DNA from: Archaeoglobus fulgidus DSM 4304
GTDB lineage: Archaea; Halobacteriota; Archaeoglobi; Archaeoglobales; Archaeoglobaceae
Direction: 5' to 3'
Length of the DNA: 32,000 bases
Assembly: GCF_000008665.1 (NCBI RefSeq)
Contig: NC_000917.1
Span: 1,740,001 to 1,772,000, forward strand
Positions 31,071 to 32,000 of the stretch are shown piece after piece. The translations under genes were made by a program, and so were the position numbers. Every line of letters begins with the position of its first letter. The stretch's first letter is position 1. Under the pieces are notes generated by a model that was not told the origin of the DNA, ran no database searches, and saw only the letters and a list, made by a program, of their open reading frames with translations.

Positions 31071-32000
31071 CTCGCTACGCTTTCCCACCTTTTCTGTATG
31101 TCCCTGAACTTCTCCCTCGAAAGCTTGTAGTACTCCTCAGCCTTCGAGTACTCCTTCATTTCTCTGTAGAGGTCTCCAAGATGCCTGTACGCTGCGGCTA
31201 CGAACTGCATGAAGTCCGCATCAATCCTTTCGAGATTCTGGAAAATCTCCAGCGCCTCCTTGAACATTTTCTCAGCCTCCTGATACCTTCCGAGCTTCTT
31301 TCGGAACATCGCGTAGTTGCTCAGCAGAATGGCCAGGTTAAGCTTGAAGGACTCTGCCTCCTCCACGAGTTCCCTGTACAGCTTCTCCGCCTCTCTGTAG
31401 CACTCCTCAGCCTCGTCAAAGTCTCCGAGTTTTACGTAAATCTCCGATGCGGTCGCAAGGCTTTCCGCAAGCTCTTCTTTGGTGCCAATCTTTCTCCTTA
31501 TCTCTAAAGCCTCTTCGGCCTTAACCTTGGCCTCGTTGTACTTTCCCATGTCGTAGTAAAGCGTTGCGAGGTCGTTTTCAATGGCTGCAAGCATCTCTTC
31601 ATCTCTGTTTTCCTCGCATATTTTTTCCGCCTCCGTGTACATCCTCTCCGCGTTTTCTTTCATGTCCATCAGAATCAATGCTCTCGCAGCGTTTCTCATC
31701 AAAACCGGCGTTATGGATTTCATTCCAAGCTCAATGGTGAGCTTTATCGCATTAACAGATGAAACAACGCAGGAAACGAGAGATTGCTTGTCCTGCCTCT
31801 CGACCGCGTCCTGAGAAGCGTAAACGAAGTGAAGTATCAGCATGAGTTTTTTCCAGATTCCATCAAGCTTTTTAATCTCCTCAGCATCTCTGAAGGACTT
31901 CTCTATCCTCTCCCTTAGCTCTTCAGGTGCGGATTGCTTTACAAGCTCAAAAGCATCAAGAATTTTTCCTTCCCGAATCAGCCTTTCAACCTCTTTTACA
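31067..32000 (-). CDS. TPR-repeat protein, probably N-terminally incomplete in this window
   Basis: Repeated 34-aa TPR-like units (..[24 protein letters not shown].., ..[25 protein letters not shown].., ..[25 protein letters not shown].., ..[21 protein letters not shown]..). Upstream of the track ATG (31843) the frame remains open to position 32000 (..[53 protein letters not shown]..), so the start may lie outside the window. Confidence 0.75.

Noticed and set aside
1-32000. CRISPR arrays, transposases/IS elements, integrases, rRNA genes
   Set aside because: I found no spaced direct-repeat array, no terminal inverted repeats flanking a transposase-like ORF, and no integrase or rRNA-like sequence. 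The island at 1.7-12.8 kb has no recognisable mobility genes or flanking repeats.

Overview
Dense archaeal chromosomal segment of roughly 30 genes, with short AT-rich intergenic regions carrying TATA-like boxes and many 4-nt start/stop overlaps. The gene content indicates a thermophilic euryarchaeon: Alba, Hjc, an intron-containing tRNA-Tyr with a C1:G72 pair, PGF-CTERM sorting signals, a presenilin-type protease and charged-residue-rich proteins. From memory the PheS/Alba/Hjc neighbourhood looks like Archaeoglobus; I cannot verify that without a search. Ordinary content, in order: purL (partial) and purS, hisI, a PIN-PilT-KH ATPase, a presenilin homologue, a degenerate metallophosphoesterase-like protein, an amidase, pheS and albA. 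Next come a 2-hydroxyacyl-CoA-dehydratase-type operon with its activase, an SF1 helicase translationally coupled to a PflX-type radical SAM gene, a frameshifted PIN-like ORF, and tRNA-Tyr(GTA) with a ~24-nt intron. The window ends with a LeuC/HacA-type large subunit, a DsrE-like protein, hjc, a Zn-ribbon protein, a nucleotidyltransferase, a ROK kinase, an AMMECR1 protein and a TPR protein (partial). The stand-out is an ~11-kb island (about 1.7-12.8 kb) between purS and hisI. It holds six co-oriented genes for signal-peptide proteins, arranged as three cassettes of one very large modular exoprotein plus one tightly coupled small partner. The large proteins share a ~43-aa six-cysteine module I do not recognise (CPxGCxC...C...C...YC[FY]); one 816-aa, 11%-Cys protein has 10 copies plus 3 CHxD modules. 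Two of the large genes are paralogous CARDB-scaffold proteases with different catalytic heads. One is intact, with a papain-like C1 domain and six FG-GAP repeats. The other carries an HExxH metalloprotease domain and is broken by an amber codon and two frameshifts. Two small partners end in PGF-CTERM archaeosortase signals. I regard this island as the best candidate for an undescribed cell-surface system in the window. All family assignments are from motif recognition by eye; no searches were run.
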